Source of the DNA: an uncultured Candidatus Saccharibacteria bacterium
GTDB lineage: Bacteria > Patescibacteriota > Minisyncoccia > Phycocordibacterales > DSPV01
Reading direction: 5' to 3'
Length of the DNA: 64,000 nucleotides
NCBI GenBank assembly: GCA_964616075.1
Contig: CAZTRA010000003.1
Span: forward strand, 26,075-90,074
This document shows, one piece after another, positions 19,559 to 30,152 of this stretch. The position numbers were made by a program, and so were the translations under genes. How positions within the stretch are numbered: the stretch's first letter is position 1; each line of letters opens with the position of its first letter. The notes below the pieces were generated by a model, which did not search any database, was not told the origin of the DNA, and worked only from the letters and a program-made list of their open reading frames with translations.

Positions 19559-20776
19559 TCAAATTGCGTTGACTAACGAATACGTCGGCATAATCATCGC
19601 GAGCGCAAAAAACCCAACAGCTGCTCCGATAAAAATCATAAGGAATGGCTCAATAATCGAGGAAAGGTCTTTCGTTTTCTGGTCAACTTCATTCTCATAA
19701 AATGTTGCAACACCTTCAAGCATCTCCCCAAGTTTTCCTGTTTCTTCACCAATTGAAACCATCTCACCAACCAAAGGTGGATACAATTTTTCGTTTGCCT
19801 CAAAAATTGCCGCGATCGGATCACCTTTTTTAATGGCGTCTTTAGCGCTACTTAATATCTTTTTAAAGAAAATATTTTGTACAACATTTTCAGTAATCTC
19901 CATAGAAAGAACTACATCAACCCCCGCCGAAAGGAGTGAAGAAAGAGTGCGTGCGGTACGCGCAGCATTTGTTTCTTTTATTAGTACACCAATAATTGGT
20001 ATCTTTAGTAAAGCAAAATCAAAAAAACGTTTAGTTACCTTTGCTTTCGTCCCAACATACATACCAACACCAAGCAGAATCACTCCCAAAATAAAGATGA
20101 TCGTCTGTTCGCGTAAAAAATCAGAAATACCAATAATAAGCCTCGTCATCCACGGCAATTCAACATTTAATTCTTTAAACGTGGCTGTTAATGTTGGCAC
20201 AACAAACACAAGCATCAACACACCAATGAGTATCATTAAAAACATGATAACTGCCGGATACATAAGAGCCCCTCGCACTTTTTTTTGTAGTAAATACACT
20301 GCGTTCATCTGATCACTCACATTCCTGAGAGATTTAGACAAGGTACCACTCTCTTCACCGGCACGAACCATAGAAACAAAAAGGTTATTAAATACATTTG
20401 GATACTCAGCGAGCGCATCCGAAAGAGTTTTACCCTGCTTCACACGCATATTCACCTCTACCACAATGCGATTAAAACGTACCTGTCGAATTTGTCGCTC
20501 CATAACAGTCAGTGCTCGTGAAAGCGGCAATCCAGCATCCAACATGGCCCCAAGGTTACGGGCAAACACAATACGTTCGTGTAACGGAACACCGCCAAAA
20601 CGAGAAAGAATCCCTTTCAATGAAAATCGCGCGTTACTTTCAACTTCCTCAACTGAAGTTACCGCGACACCTTCCGTACGCAAACTCCGATACAATGCAA
20701 ACTTATCAATAGCCTCGCGAGTTCCTGTCGCGGCCGACCCATCACTATTTTTCCCTTTGTATATAAATTGTGGCAT
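19559..20776 (-). CDS. pilC: Type IV pilus assembly platform protein PilC (GspF family)
   Basis: 405 aa. Two GspF repeats and three TM segments. Operon position after pilB. Confidence 0.85.
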   Translation of the reverse strand: MPQFIYKGKNSDGSAATGTREAIDKFALYRSLRTEGVAVTSVEEVESNARFSLKGILSRFGGVPLHERIVFARNLGAMLDAGLPLSRALTVMERQIRQVRFNRIVVEVNMRVKQGKTLSDALAEYPNVFNNLFVSMVRAGEESGTLSKSLRNVSDQMNAVYLLQKKVRGALMYPAVIMFLMILIGVLMLVFVVPTLTATFKELNVELPWMTRLIIGISDFLREQTIIFILGVILLGVGMYVGTKAKVTKRFFDFALLKIPIIGVLIKETNAARTARTLSSLLSAGVDVVLSMEITENVVQNIFFKKILSSAKDAIKKGDPIAAIFEANEKLYPPLVGEMVSIGEETGKLGEMLEGVATFYENEVDQKTKDLSSIIEPFLMIFIGAAVGFFALAMIMPTYSLVNAI

Positions 20777-20781
20777 GTATA

Positions 20782-22542
20782 TTACTCAGACACAACGCGA
20801 AGCACTTCTTCAATCGATGTAATACCTTGCGCGGCAAGAAAAATACCATCTTCAATCATCGTCAGCATACCTTCTGACTTGGCTTGTTTTTCAAGGTCCG
20901 CTGTTTGTGCACCACGAATAATAAGCTCTTTGATTGCGGGAGATACCTTCAATACTTCGTGGATACCCGTACGTCCCGCGTACCCATCTTCGGCCTTAGG
21001 TGACGGTTTTGGTTTAAAGAACGTAATGTCAGTCCAGTCAGCATTTTTCTCAACAACCTTTTCCGCTTTCAATGCAGCCATTACCCGATCAAGTTCAACA
21101 GACTTGCGAAGTGATGCTACATCATCTTTTGTTAATTTATATGGCTCCTTTGGGTCTGAGAGGTGACGCACCAAACGCTGACCAATCACTACCTTCAGAG
21201 TAGAGACCAACAAAAATGGCTCAACTTTCATATCAACCAAGCGAGCAACGGCTCCAGCTGCTGAATTAGTATGTAACGTTGAAAGTACTAAGTGACCAGT
21301 GAGTGACGCATTTACAGCAAGAGATGCGGTCTCATTGTCACGAATTTCACCAACCATAATAATGTCTGGGTCTTGACGCAACAAAGAACGTAATCCGTTC
21401 GCAAACGTGAAGCCAATCTCGGGCTTCACCTGTGTTTGATTGATACGTTTCATCTGATACTCAACCGGATCTTCGATTGTGGAAATGTTAACGTCTGGTG
21501 TATTCACAATATCAAGCAACGTATAGAGCGTAGTTGTTTTACCACTTCCTGTAGGACCAGTAGTCAACAACATACCTGTGGTTTGTTTTGTTGCCTGATG
21601 GAGTGACTCCAAAGCATCCCCATGAAACCCGAGACCTTCTAACGTGTATCCAGAGACACTCTCACGCAATAAACGCATGACAATCTTTTCACCGTAATAA
21701 ATCGGTAATACTGAAACGCGAAATGATACCTTCTCTGTCTCGGTCTCAACACGAAACCGTCCGTCTTGCGGCAGACGTTTCTCATCAAGCTTCAAGTTTG
21801 CAAGTACTTTAATACGTGCCGCAATTGATGAACTACTCGATTTGGGCAACACCATAGTGTCATGCAACATACCATCGATACGATAACGAACTACCACCTC
21901 CTTCTCCATCGGTTCAATATGAATATCAGACACATTCTGTAAAATGGCATGTTTAAGCAACGTATCCACAATGCGCACCACTGGCAGATCCTCTGCCATT
22001 TTCTTCAAATCACTCTCGGACTCGGCTGCAGATTCCCCATCTTCTGAGAGCGAAACTGCTTTTAATGATGCTGTTTCCTTTTCGATAATATCTCCGAATT
22101 CAGCCTTGAGTGACTTTTGATATTGAAGGAGACACGATTTAATTGATTCAACATTCGTAAGCCGAGGCAACACTTTCAAACCAACTTTTTTCTTAATAAA
22201 ATCAACAGCCGACAAATCATCCGTATCGAGCATCGCCGCTTCAAGTGTTCTATCACCACGTTTATATGCCACAACATTGTGAGTACGCGCGATCGGCTCA
22301 GGAATTAATGAGAGCACATCAAAATCAATTTTCTGACCAGAAAGATCAACAAACGGAATACCGAGCACATATGCTTGCATCCGACGCCAATCATCTTCTG
22401 TTAATTTTCCATTAGTCACCAGAACATCGCCAGGTGATTTCTTCTTTTTTTCAGCCTCCAACTCAGCCTTCTCATAATCTTCTTTTGAGACGAGGCCCGA
22501 ATCAAGAACAAAGGCTTTTAATTGCGATTTTTCAATATACAT
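20782..22542 (-). CDS. pilB: Type IV pilus assembly ATPase PilB (GspE family)
   Basis: 586 aa. Walker A GPTGSGKTTTLY, and the Asp and His boxes of GspE ATPases. Confidence 0.9.
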   Translation of the reverse strand: MYIEKSQLKAFVLDSGLVSKEDYEKAELEAEKKKKSPGDVLVTNGKLTEDDWRRMQAYVLGIPFVDLSGQKIDFDVLSLIPEPIARTHNVVAYKRGDRTLEAAMLDTDDLSAVDFIKKKVGLKVLPRLTNVESIKSCLLQYQKSLKAEFGDIIEKETASLKAVSLSEDGESAAESESDLKKMAEDLPVVRIVDTLLKHAILQNVSDIHIEPMEKEVVVRYRIDGMLHDTMVLPKSSSSSIAARIKVLANLKLDEKRLPQDGRFRVETETEKVSFRVSVLPIYYGEKIVMRLLRESVSGYTLEGLGFHGDALESLHQATKQTTGMLLTTGPTGSGKTTTLYTLLDIVNTPDVNISTIEDPVEYQMKRINQTQVKPEIGFTFANGLRSLLRQDPDIIMVGEIRDNETASLAVNASLTGHLVLSTLHTNSAAGAVARLVDMKVEPFLLVSTLKVVIGQRLVRHLSDPKEPYKLTKDDVASLRKSVELDRVMAALKAEKVVEKNADWTDITFFKPKPSPKAEDGYAGRTGIHEVLKVSPAIKELIIRGAQTADLEKQAKSEGMLTMIEDGIFLAAQGITSIEEVLRVVSE

Positions 22543-22954
22543 AATAGAGCAGTAGTGTCTCTATTATAGCAAGCAAACATCATACCTTGTTGTTGTGATG
22601 TGGAAGAACATATCTTATCGACTTCTAAATACTTTAATAACCACGTAGATAACTATAGACCATAAAATTTCGTGTATTAATTTTTATCAATTATGTAAAA
22701 ACAAATTAAACACCTCGTATAAAATAATCCACCAAATATCCATCATAAAAATAGTGTTGCAGGTTTCATACAAATATCCACCACAACATATATATAAAAA
22801 GGAGGAGCTCTACACAGAGCGCTTTAATAAATTAAACATATCATTGATTTTTATTTATTTTTAGACTATTATCATAGTAGAATCCTGAAAATAGACGCTC
22901 GGTACCCGCGACGCGGATTACCACTTAGAGCTCTTTGAAAACGAAAGGAAAAAC

Positions 22955-23956
22955 GTGAAAATGTTACTTGTTGTAGCAATTATCTCCTGCATGTGGAGGA
23001 GTATCGCTGCGGATGGTCGTTTTCATGCGACCACCTTAAGTGTGGGAATACCCTCTCTGCCCATCGGATCCATGGAGGAGGTGCTAGTCAATGCAACCAA
23101 TACGGTGAACAGTTTTGGACTCTTCGTTGAAACCGAAGATCCGAACAGCTATACCGGCTGGAGGCAATACGATCAGCTCTCTACCCCGTGGGACAAAAAG
23201 CAACCCCTTGGCATTGCCCTTGAAGCAAAACTCAAGACTTGGCTCACCTCAAAAGTGAGTCGGATGGTTGCCAAAAATCCAGGAAACCCGACCGCCACAC
23301 GGTTTCGTGCATACGCACGTTGTGTGTATGGTCTCTCGGGAACAAACTCTCACTTGTGGATCAAACAATTCCAAACGCAAAACGAGTTCCATCTCGTAAG
23401 AAATGGAACTAGCTACTCAGTCCCGCCGGAAGCGTATAGTGCCAAAAACCTTGTATACTTCCCCGAAGTCTGGGGTCAGGTGCACCTCCACGTTCCCAAC
23501 ATCGCATGGGCGGTATTAAAAACCCCTAATGAGATAAAGGACACGCGAGATAGCCAAGGATATCACCACTATGGGGCATTTAGTGTGCCCTTTAATCCTC
23601 CGGATAATCACTTACTCTTCATTCCAGCAAACATTGTTGGGACTGAAGGAACGCTCACCATCGGCTATACTGACGGAGTCGAGCAGGTCTTTGACCTCTC
23701 GACTGGCAGGCAAGCGGGAGAGATTCTTCTCTCCGTCCGGCTCTTACCCGAGTCAATAATTGTCTCCCTCAAAGGAGGCGCGATGCAGGCTGTTCGCCTG
23801 CAAAGTACTACGAACTTCGTAACCTGGGAGACGTTGGTCGACATAGTCGACTACACGGGGGGTGCTTACCTCCTCATAGAGAATAGCGACCCCTACAGGT
23901 TCTTCCGGGTCACCTTTGATGACAAATCACTATTGCGTTTAAAAAACGCACCGTAG
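22955..23956 (+). CDS. Hypothetical secreted protein (GC-rich orphan)
   Basis: 333 aa. Signal-peptide-like N-terminus MKMLLVVAIISCMWRSIAADG. No recognisable domain. GC content is clearly above the flanks. Divergent from pilB across a 412-bp AT-rich spacer. Hairpin terminators lie at 23960-24040. Confidence 0.5.
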   Translation: MKMLLVVAIISCMWRSIAADGRFHATTLSVGIPSLPIGSMEEVLVNATNTVNSFGLFVETEDPNSYTGWRQYDQLSTPWDKKQPLGIALEAKLKTWLTSKVSRMVAKNPGNPTATRFRAYARCVYGLSGTNSHLWIKQFQTQNEFHLVRNGTSYSVPPEAYSAKNLVYFPEVWGQVHLHVPNIAWAVLKTPNEIKDTRDSQGYHHYGAFSVPFNPPDNHLLFIPANIVGTEGTLTIGYTDGVEQVFDLSTGRQAGEILLSVRLLPESIIVSLKGGAMQAVRLQSTTNFVTWETLVDIVDYTGGAYLLIENSDPYRFFRVTFDDKSLLRLKNAP

Positions 23957-24039
23957 AGACGAAACACACACGCATGACTCCCAGAAGTCATGCGTGTTTT
24001 ATTTACAAAACAAGCCTCCCTACAGGAGGGGGCTTGTTT

Positions 24040-27000
24040 TTAAAACTCCTCAAAAATACTATTAATCGTCATATTCGCAATTGCTGAACACTCAACTGTA
24101 GCGGTACTTGTACCATACGATATCCGCACGCGAGCTGTTTTTCCTCCTAAACTCTTGTAAACGTAGCGAATATGATTGCACTCGTACGTACCACACGTAC
24201 CCATAGTACCTGAGCCACTCAACTCATCGCTCCCCGTCCAAGTAAAACCAAACGACCCGCCACCAAATAATGGTACATCTGGTGTAGTTGAAGCAACCCA
24301 ATACATTGGCTGACCCACCTTAATACTGCGCAGTGGCGCACCATTCCCCTCAGGATTATCATACGGTTTACAGGAAACACCACCGATACCTGAAAGCGGT
24401 ATTATAACTGTCGCAAGAGGCGCTTGAAATCCTGACAAATCATCACACTGCAGTGCAAACTGATAACACGCCTGTGCCCCATTGCAAGTACTCGTGCTCC
24501 TAATCGCTTGATCAAAAAGTAACGGCTGAGTAGTGTAGCAGCGTGACGCAGTATCAACCACTTTTGAACTCATCCAAGTGGAACCAGGCAACGCACTATC
24601 CCCAGAACTGCTGACACCTACACAACTTTGTACATTTGCTCCCGTCCACAAAATACGCGCGCGGCTATAAATATCAACCGAGTCACTGGTACCCGTTTTA
24701 TAGGCCGACCCATCTACACAACCAGATACCATAGCGGTTGGTGCTGCTTTGATTGTAATTTGTGGCTTAGGCAGACACTGTGTCGGACTAACCGGATTAT
24801 CAGGTACGCTTGTTGCCGGATTACACTGATACTGACACTTAGGCGCACCACATGTGCCCACGAGTGTTTTAGTGACACTACTTGTTAAACCGGCTGAATC
24901 ACCCGAGCACAATATCTTATCTGTCTCTACCCATCCCACAGAATCAATACATTGTGGAATTTGCGTATCGACATTCAATGCGAATGATGTTGACTTCTTT
25001 AACCCAACAGAATTATCTCCCTGTACTAACACGGTATACTGACCAACCGGTGTTGCAAGAAGCGACACAATTGAAAGCGCTGAAGTAGTAGTCGCTTCGG
25101 TTAATGAAGTTGGTATAAACGTCCGTGCGCCGTACTGAGTATCTTTAACATCAGGGTCAGATTGATTTGGCCCTTGTGCAATTGCAATAATCGAAAGATC
25201 AGCCTCGCAACTCAACGTGTTATTACATTTAAATGAATTTGATGAGAGTTTGGTGTAATTACCAGCACCACACGCATAACTCATCGCTTCAGCATCAATC
25301 CACTGACTAACAGTCCAATTAAAACACATCGGATTATCATAACGAGCACATTCAGTCCACGTATCTACGCTACCACGAGTAGTTGGTGCCTCATAACCTG
25401 GCGCTGATCCGCACGCAAACAAGGCTGTATCATACTGAATATTTCCAGGCCATAAATCAACATTCTTATCACAATAATAGGTACTTGGAGGACCACCAGA
25501 GGATACAAAATTTAGAGACACCGTATTATTTACCGTATCTCCCGGATTGATTGAAACACTACTATTAAGTGTACTGATATTAAAATCACAGATCGGAATA
25601 GTTGCATTCTCCGGAGACACCCCCATAAAATCAATCCACCCGATTACGTTACCACCCCAGGCATAACCTACCAGCGTACCCGTTGTATTGTTATATGTCA
25701 CACCACCTGCTCCGCTCATGTTTGGACTTGGATGATTCACGCCAGACAACTTGATCCATCCGGTATAATGCCCTGAACCCCCATTTAAAGCACGCGCCCA
25801 TCCAGTTACCGCACCAGTTGTCACGTTCACTACTGGCGGAGTACACGGCGCTTCAGGACACGACGAGAGGTCTATAGTTGCATCGCCGTCAGCCTGACTA
25901 CTCGGGAAATAGATCCATCCGACGTGTCCTCCCCAGACGTAACCGCGCAAACTCGAACCAACAAATTGTAGTCCATACGAAGCGGTACCGCACTCGCCAA
26001 GATTTCTACAATTGAAACTCATCCATCCAGCATGACCCTGATCAGACCACCCCCATCCAGTCAAATCTCCCGAAAGAACTTGTGTATCAAATGTTGCGGT
26101 CACATTTTTTGCACTATTCACAAACACCGTACATATTCTTCCAGACGTGCTAGTGCACCCGCTCCAGGTCACTCCGTTCCCAGGAGCAGGATTAGCGGTC
26201 AATTGTACTGTTGAACTTGAGGCGTATGCATACGTACACGTACTGCCACAAGTGATACCCGATGGATTACTTGTAACAGTACTCCCCGCTGCGGCTGCAC
26301 CTGCTTTGTTAACCGTAACATTGTATTGAATCGTCGAGAATGAAGCGGTCACAGTCTTCGGACTCGTCATTGAAACTGTACACGTTGTCCCTGTTGCAGA
26401 TGTACAACCTGTCCATCCAAGATAATAACCAGAAGCAGGTGTCGCGGTGAGAGTTACTGAACGACCGCTATCATACTTTCCCGTATCAAACCCACACCCA
26501 GATAGACAATTAATACCATCAGAAAAACCTGTCACCGGAGTACTCACCACACCACTTGAAAATGCCCCGAGTCCTGTCTTCATAAGAGTTAACACGTGTC
26601 CGTAATTAGCAGTAACATTCGTATCAGATGTCACTGTAAAACTACATGTCGTTAAAGATGAAGTATCGCACGCTGCGGCAGAACCTGTTGCTGACCAATA
26701 ACGGAACCAAGAGCCAGGAGTAGAGGACGCAACCATCACAGAGGTATTATTCTTGGTGTAAAAGAAAGAACAAATAGAACCCCCATCACCACAATTAATC
26801 CTTGAAAAACCATAGTACGTATCTAAAATCCGACCACTACTTGCCGCATCATTTGTCGCTGTAACCGTAAAACTGGTTGGTATTACGACAATACTAATTG
26901 AAAAATTTCCTGTCACCCCTGCTACAAACGTAGTTGCTTCTGCCGTATATGTACCAGGAGGGAGGGAGCGATTGATCAGCGAATCATTTGCCGGAACACC

Positions 27001-28656
27001 GCCACCACTATCATCGTTAGTCTCGATAATAGAGCCGCTTGGTGTTGACCCACTCAACAGGTGCAAATAATCATCAACAGATGAAAACAGGCGAATAATC
27101 ACCGTGGAAGTTGCAGCGACGTTAAAAGTAAAGAATTTTGCATAGTGTACTCCCGCAGTTCTCGGGTGGGTTGCAGCACACCCTACCTGCCATGTTCCTG
27201 TTGTAGTGGCACTCGGCGTTACAGTCGTCTGACAACTTGCCACGTCAAAGTTCGCGGTCACCGTACGACTAGCATTAAAGCCATTAATGGTACAACGGTT
27301 TCCACTGACAGACGGGCAATTATTCCAATTCACAAATACATAGCCACTCGCCGGCGTAGCGGTCAAAACAATATTTGTTCCATATGTGTAGATTTCAGAA
27401 CAATCAACCCCACATGAAATACCCGCAGGGGAACTTGTAATAGAGCTTGATCCATACACTCCCCCGTGTACGACTGTGAGGGTATACACCGCATTAAAAT
27501 TTGCCGTAACATTAACTGGTCCATTCACGTTGATATAACAAAGATTACCACTTGAAGAAGGACATCCAGACCATCCAGCAAATTGATATCCTGAAGACGG
27601 CGTAGCGGTCAAAGTTACATTGGTCCCATACACATACCCCTCGCTACAATCAACGCCACAAGATATACCTGCCAAAGAGCTTGTAATCGTGCCACCTCCG
27701 CCGTTCGTCACACTTACGGTATACAGCACATCAAAGTTTGCCGTCACGGTCCGGTTCGCATTGATATTCACAGTACACGTATTGCCACTTGCCGAAGGAC
27801 AATTGGTCCATGAGGAAAAGTCGTACCCTGAAGCTTCGTTTGCGGTAAGTGTGACGTTTGTGCCATATAGATACGACTCAGAACAATCAACCCCACATGA
27901 AATACCCGCAGGGGAACTTGTGACACTACTTGCGCCGTAACTGCCAGCACGCATGGCGGTGAGGGTGTAATACACTGGCTCATCAACAAAGTTTGCCGTC
28001 ACAGTCTGGTTCGCATTGATATTCACAGTACACGTATTGCCACTTGCCGAAGGACAATTGGTCCATGAGGAAAAGTCGTACCCTGAAGCTTCGTTTGCGG
28101 TAAGTGTGACGTTTGTGCCATACGCATAACCCTCAGAACAGTCGCTACCGCAAGAGATTCCGACAGGAACACTTGCAACACTACTTGCGCCGTAACTGCC
28201 AGCACGCGCAGCAGTAAGGGTATAGTAAAGAATCACAAAACTTGCAGAAAAAGAAACATCGTTTGAGATGGTAAAGGTACAATTCGCTGATGTCGAAAGG
28301 TTACACGGCGAAGGAGTTGAGGCAGACCACCGATTAAAAGCATACCCCGTGGCAGGAGTCGCCTGTACTGTTACAGATGCGAGCTCTGGATAATCTGCAA
28401 TACACACTGAGGCACCATTGCCACAATTCATAGCCGGACTACCAGATGGAGATGTCGTGACTTTACCAGTCGATACACCACTTGAAATAAAAACGTTCAT
28501 TCTATAAGACGCAGCATGAACAACATACCCACCTAAAATTAAAACAGCAGCCATACTAAAGATAAGAAGTGCTGTTCTGAAAGAAGAGATATTAAGCAAA
28601 AAAAACCTAAATACTCTTTGTTTTTTAGATACCTCTCTTGAAGTGAATGTTTCCAT
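24040..28656 (-). CDS. Giant cell-surface protein with multiple divergent InlB B-repeat domains and a PPC-like domain
   Basis: 1538 aa. N-terminal TM or signal. At least 6 copies of ~80-aa units with the pattern G.G.V.S.P.GISCG.DCSE.Y.YGTNVTLTA…GY.F..W..CPS.SGN.C.V.. Also a DDYLHLL…ND…PGTYT PPC-like segment. Confidence 0.8.
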   Translation of the reverse strand: METFTSREVSKKQRVFRFFLLNISSFRTALLIFSMAAVLILGGYVVHAASYRMNVFISSGVSTGKVTTSPSGSPAMNCGNGASVCIADYPELASVTVQATPATGYAFNRWSASTPSPCNLSTSANCTFTISNDVSFSASFVILYYTLTAARAGSYGASSVASVPVGISCGSDCSEGYAYGTNVTLTANEASGYDFSSWTNCPSASGNTCTVNINANQTVTANFVDEPVYYTLTAMRAGSYGASSVTSSPAGISCGVDCSESYLYGTNVTLTANEASGYDFSSWTNCPSASGNTCTVNINANRTVTANFDVLYTVSVTNGGGGTITSSLAGISCGVDCSEGYVYGTNVTLTATPSSGYQFAGWSGCPSSSGNLCYINVNGPVNVTANFNAVYTLTVVHGGVYGSSSITSSPAGISCGVDCSEIYTYGTNIVLTATPASGYVFVNWNNCPSVSGNRCTINGFNASRTVTANFDVASCQTTVTPSATTTGTWQVGCAATHPRTAGVHYAKFFTFNVAATSTVIIRLFSSVDDYLHLLSGSTPSGSIIETNDDSGGGVPANDSLINRSLPPGTYTAEATTFVAGVTGNFSISIVVIPTSFTVTATNDAASSGRILDTYYGFSRINCGDGGSICSFFYTKNNTSVMVASSTPGSWFRYWSATGSAAACDTSSLTTCSFTVTSDTNVTANYGHVLTLMKTGLGAFSSGVVSTPVTGFSDGINCLSGCGFDTGKYDSGRSVTLTATPASGYYLGWTGCTSATGTTCTVSMTSPKTVTASFSTIQYNVTVNKAGAAAAGSTVTSNPSGITCGSTCTYAYASSSTVQLTANPAPGNGVTWSGCTSTSGRICTVFVNSAKNVTATFDTQVLSGDLTGWGWSDQGHAGWMSFNCRNLGECGTASYGLQFVGSSLRGYVWGGHVGWIYFPSSQADGDATIDLSSCPEAPCTPPVVNVTTGAVTGWARALNGGSGHYTGWIKLSGVNHPSPNMSGAGGVTYNNTTGTLVGYAWGGNVIGWIDFMGVSPENATIPICDFNISTLNSSVSINPGDTVNNTVSLNFVSSGGPPSTYYCDKNVDLWPGNIQYDTALFACGSAPGYEAPTTRGSVDTWTECARYDNPMCFNWTVSQWIDAEAMSYACGAGNYTKLSSNSFKCNNTLSCEADLSIIAIAQGPNQSDPDVKDTQYGARTFIPTSLTEATTTSALSIVSLLATPVGQYTVLVQGDNSVGLKKSTSFALNVDTQIPQCIDSVGWVETDKILCSGDSAGLTSSVTKTLVGTCGAPKCQYQCNPATSVPDNPVSPTQCLPKPQITIKAAPTAMVSGCVDGSAYKTGTSDSVDIYSRARILWTGANVQSCVGVSSSGDSALPGSTWMSSKVVDTASRCYTTQPLLFDQAIRSTSTCNGAQACYQFALQCDDLSGFQAPLATVIIPLSGIGGVSCKPYDNPEGNGAPLRSIKVGQPMYWVASTTPDVPLFGGGSFGFTWTGSDELSGSGTMGTCGTYECNHIRYVYKSLGGKTARVRISYGTSTATVECSAIANMTINSIFEEF
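27757..28262. repeat. Near-identical tandem duplication (~253 bp x 2) inside the giant protein gene
   Basis: The sequence attcacagtacacgtattgccacttgccgaaggacaattggtccatgaggaaaagtcgtaccctgaagcttcgtttgcggtaagtgtgacgtttgtgccata occurs at ~27768 and ~28021. The flanking ~250 bp are also highly similar. Confidence 0.85.
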
Positions 28657-28935
28657 GATTGTATATTAGTGAGCACATGTTGACTGGTTGAAACCACCGC
28701 CAAATCAAAATCGCGCACCTGTACCTCGCTTCAGTGTACAGCTTCATGCGCAACACCTCAATACAAAGAATAGTTATAGCGTGGATAAAATAATCCTCAT
28801 ACAATAAAAATCTATTACACACCAAATTATTGACAAAAAATCATTTAGGTGTATCGTAGTACTGAATGTTCGCTCGTGGGAGCGGGCTCTTTTTTTACCC
28901 AAACCGGTTATTACAATTTCATAGCGCTTAAAAAT

Positions 28936-30132
28936 ATGATTGATCTTAAAGTACTCAATACTGTTCTTGACCAAATGCAAGAAGAACGAGGTATTCCCAA
29001 AGAACGCCTCCTAGAAGCTATTGAAGCATCAATGGCAACGGCTTATAAGAAAGAGTATGGAAAAAAAGGCCAAATTGTCCGTGCTCACTTTGATCTAGCT
29101 ACCGGAGCTACTGAATTTTATCAAGTCAAAATCGTCGTCGACGAGACGCGTGTTATCCCTGAAACAGTAGAGGAAGCGGCTCAACGAGGCCCTACAGAAG
29201 GAGAGATTGATACACGTGTACATTTCAACCCAGAACATCATATTATACTTGCTGACGCAAAACGTATTAAAAAAGACGCGAAACTAGATGACGAGATTGT
29301 GTTTCCTCTTGAAACAAAAGATGACTTTGGCCGGATCGCGGCACAAACTGCAAAACAAGTAATTATCCAAAAAATACGGGAAGCTGAAAAATCAGCCGTA
29401 TTTGCTGAATTTGGCCAACGAGAAGGAGAAATCATAACTGGAACCATCCAACGAAGTGAGCGTGGAGCACTATTTGTTGATTTAGGAAGAACCGTCGCCA
29501 TCTTGCCCTATGAAGAACAAATACCTGGTGAACGCTACAAACAAGGAGAACGCATTCGAGCATACCTCTACAAAGTTGAAGAAACTTCTAAAGGAGTATT
29601 TATTCGCCTCTCTCGTTCACACCCTCGATTTCTAGAAAAACTATTTGCGCTGGAATCACCAGAGATTGCCAACGGGTCTGTTGAAATAAAAGCGATCGCA
29701 CGCGAGCCGGGAAGTCGCTCAAAAGTTGCAGTCGTGTCACACGATGACCATATTGACCCTATTGGATCAATGGTTGGGCAGCGTGGTGTTCGTGTTGGAA
29801 CCGTAATGAGCGAGTTAGGTGGAGAAAAGATAGACATCATTGAATGGTCAAACAATACGAAACAATTTATTGAAGACGCCCTTTCTCCAGCAAAAATAAA
29901 TTCCGTCGAAATCAATCAGGACACTAATACTGCGACAGTTACCGTTTCAGAAGATCAACAATCATTAGCTATTGGTAAAGGTGGACAAAATGTCCGCCTT
30001 GCCGCAAAACTAACGGGTTGGCGCATTGATATTGTATCTACAGGTGGAAATAAAGAATCTGAAGAATCTGTTTCCTCGCAACAAATCAACACACAACCTG
30101 AAAAACAAAAAGAATCGGAAGTAACTCAATAA
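28936..30132 (+). CDS. nusA: Transcription termination/antitermination factor NusA
   Basis: Shows NusA N-terminal, S1 and KH domain similarity. Start placed at MIDLKVLNTV (ATG 28936). The ORF extends upstream to 28849. Confidence 0.85.
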   Translation: MIDLKVLNTVLDQMQEERGIPKERLLEAIEASMATAYKKEYGKKGQIVRAHFDLATGATEFYQVKIVVDETRVIPETVEEAAQRGPTEGEIDTRVHFNPEHHIILADAKRIKKDAKLDDEIVFPLETKDDFGRIAAQTAKQVIIQKIREAEKSAVFAEFGQREGEIITGTIQRSERGALFVDLGRTVAILPYEEQIPGERYKQGERIRAYLYKVEETSKGVFIRLSRSHPRFLEKLFALESPEIANGSVEIKAIAREPGSRSKVAVVSHDDHIDPIGSMVGQRGVRVGTVMSELGGEKIDIIEWSNNTKQFIEDALSPAKINSVEINQDTNTATVTVSEDQQSLAIGKGGQNVRLAAKLTGWRIDIVSTGGNKESEESVSSQQINTQPEKQKESEVTQ

Positions 30133-30152
30133 CATTAATAATAAAAAATACT

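Noticed and set aside
19833-20312. 159-aa plus-strand ORF inside pilC
   Set aside because: Antisense to a conserved GspF-family gene.
24040-28656. Possible CRISPR-like periodic repeats
   Set aside because: The periodic repeats are ~250-bp protein-coding modules of a single long ORF (InlB B-repeats), not short repeat-spacer units. No CRISPR array is present in the window.
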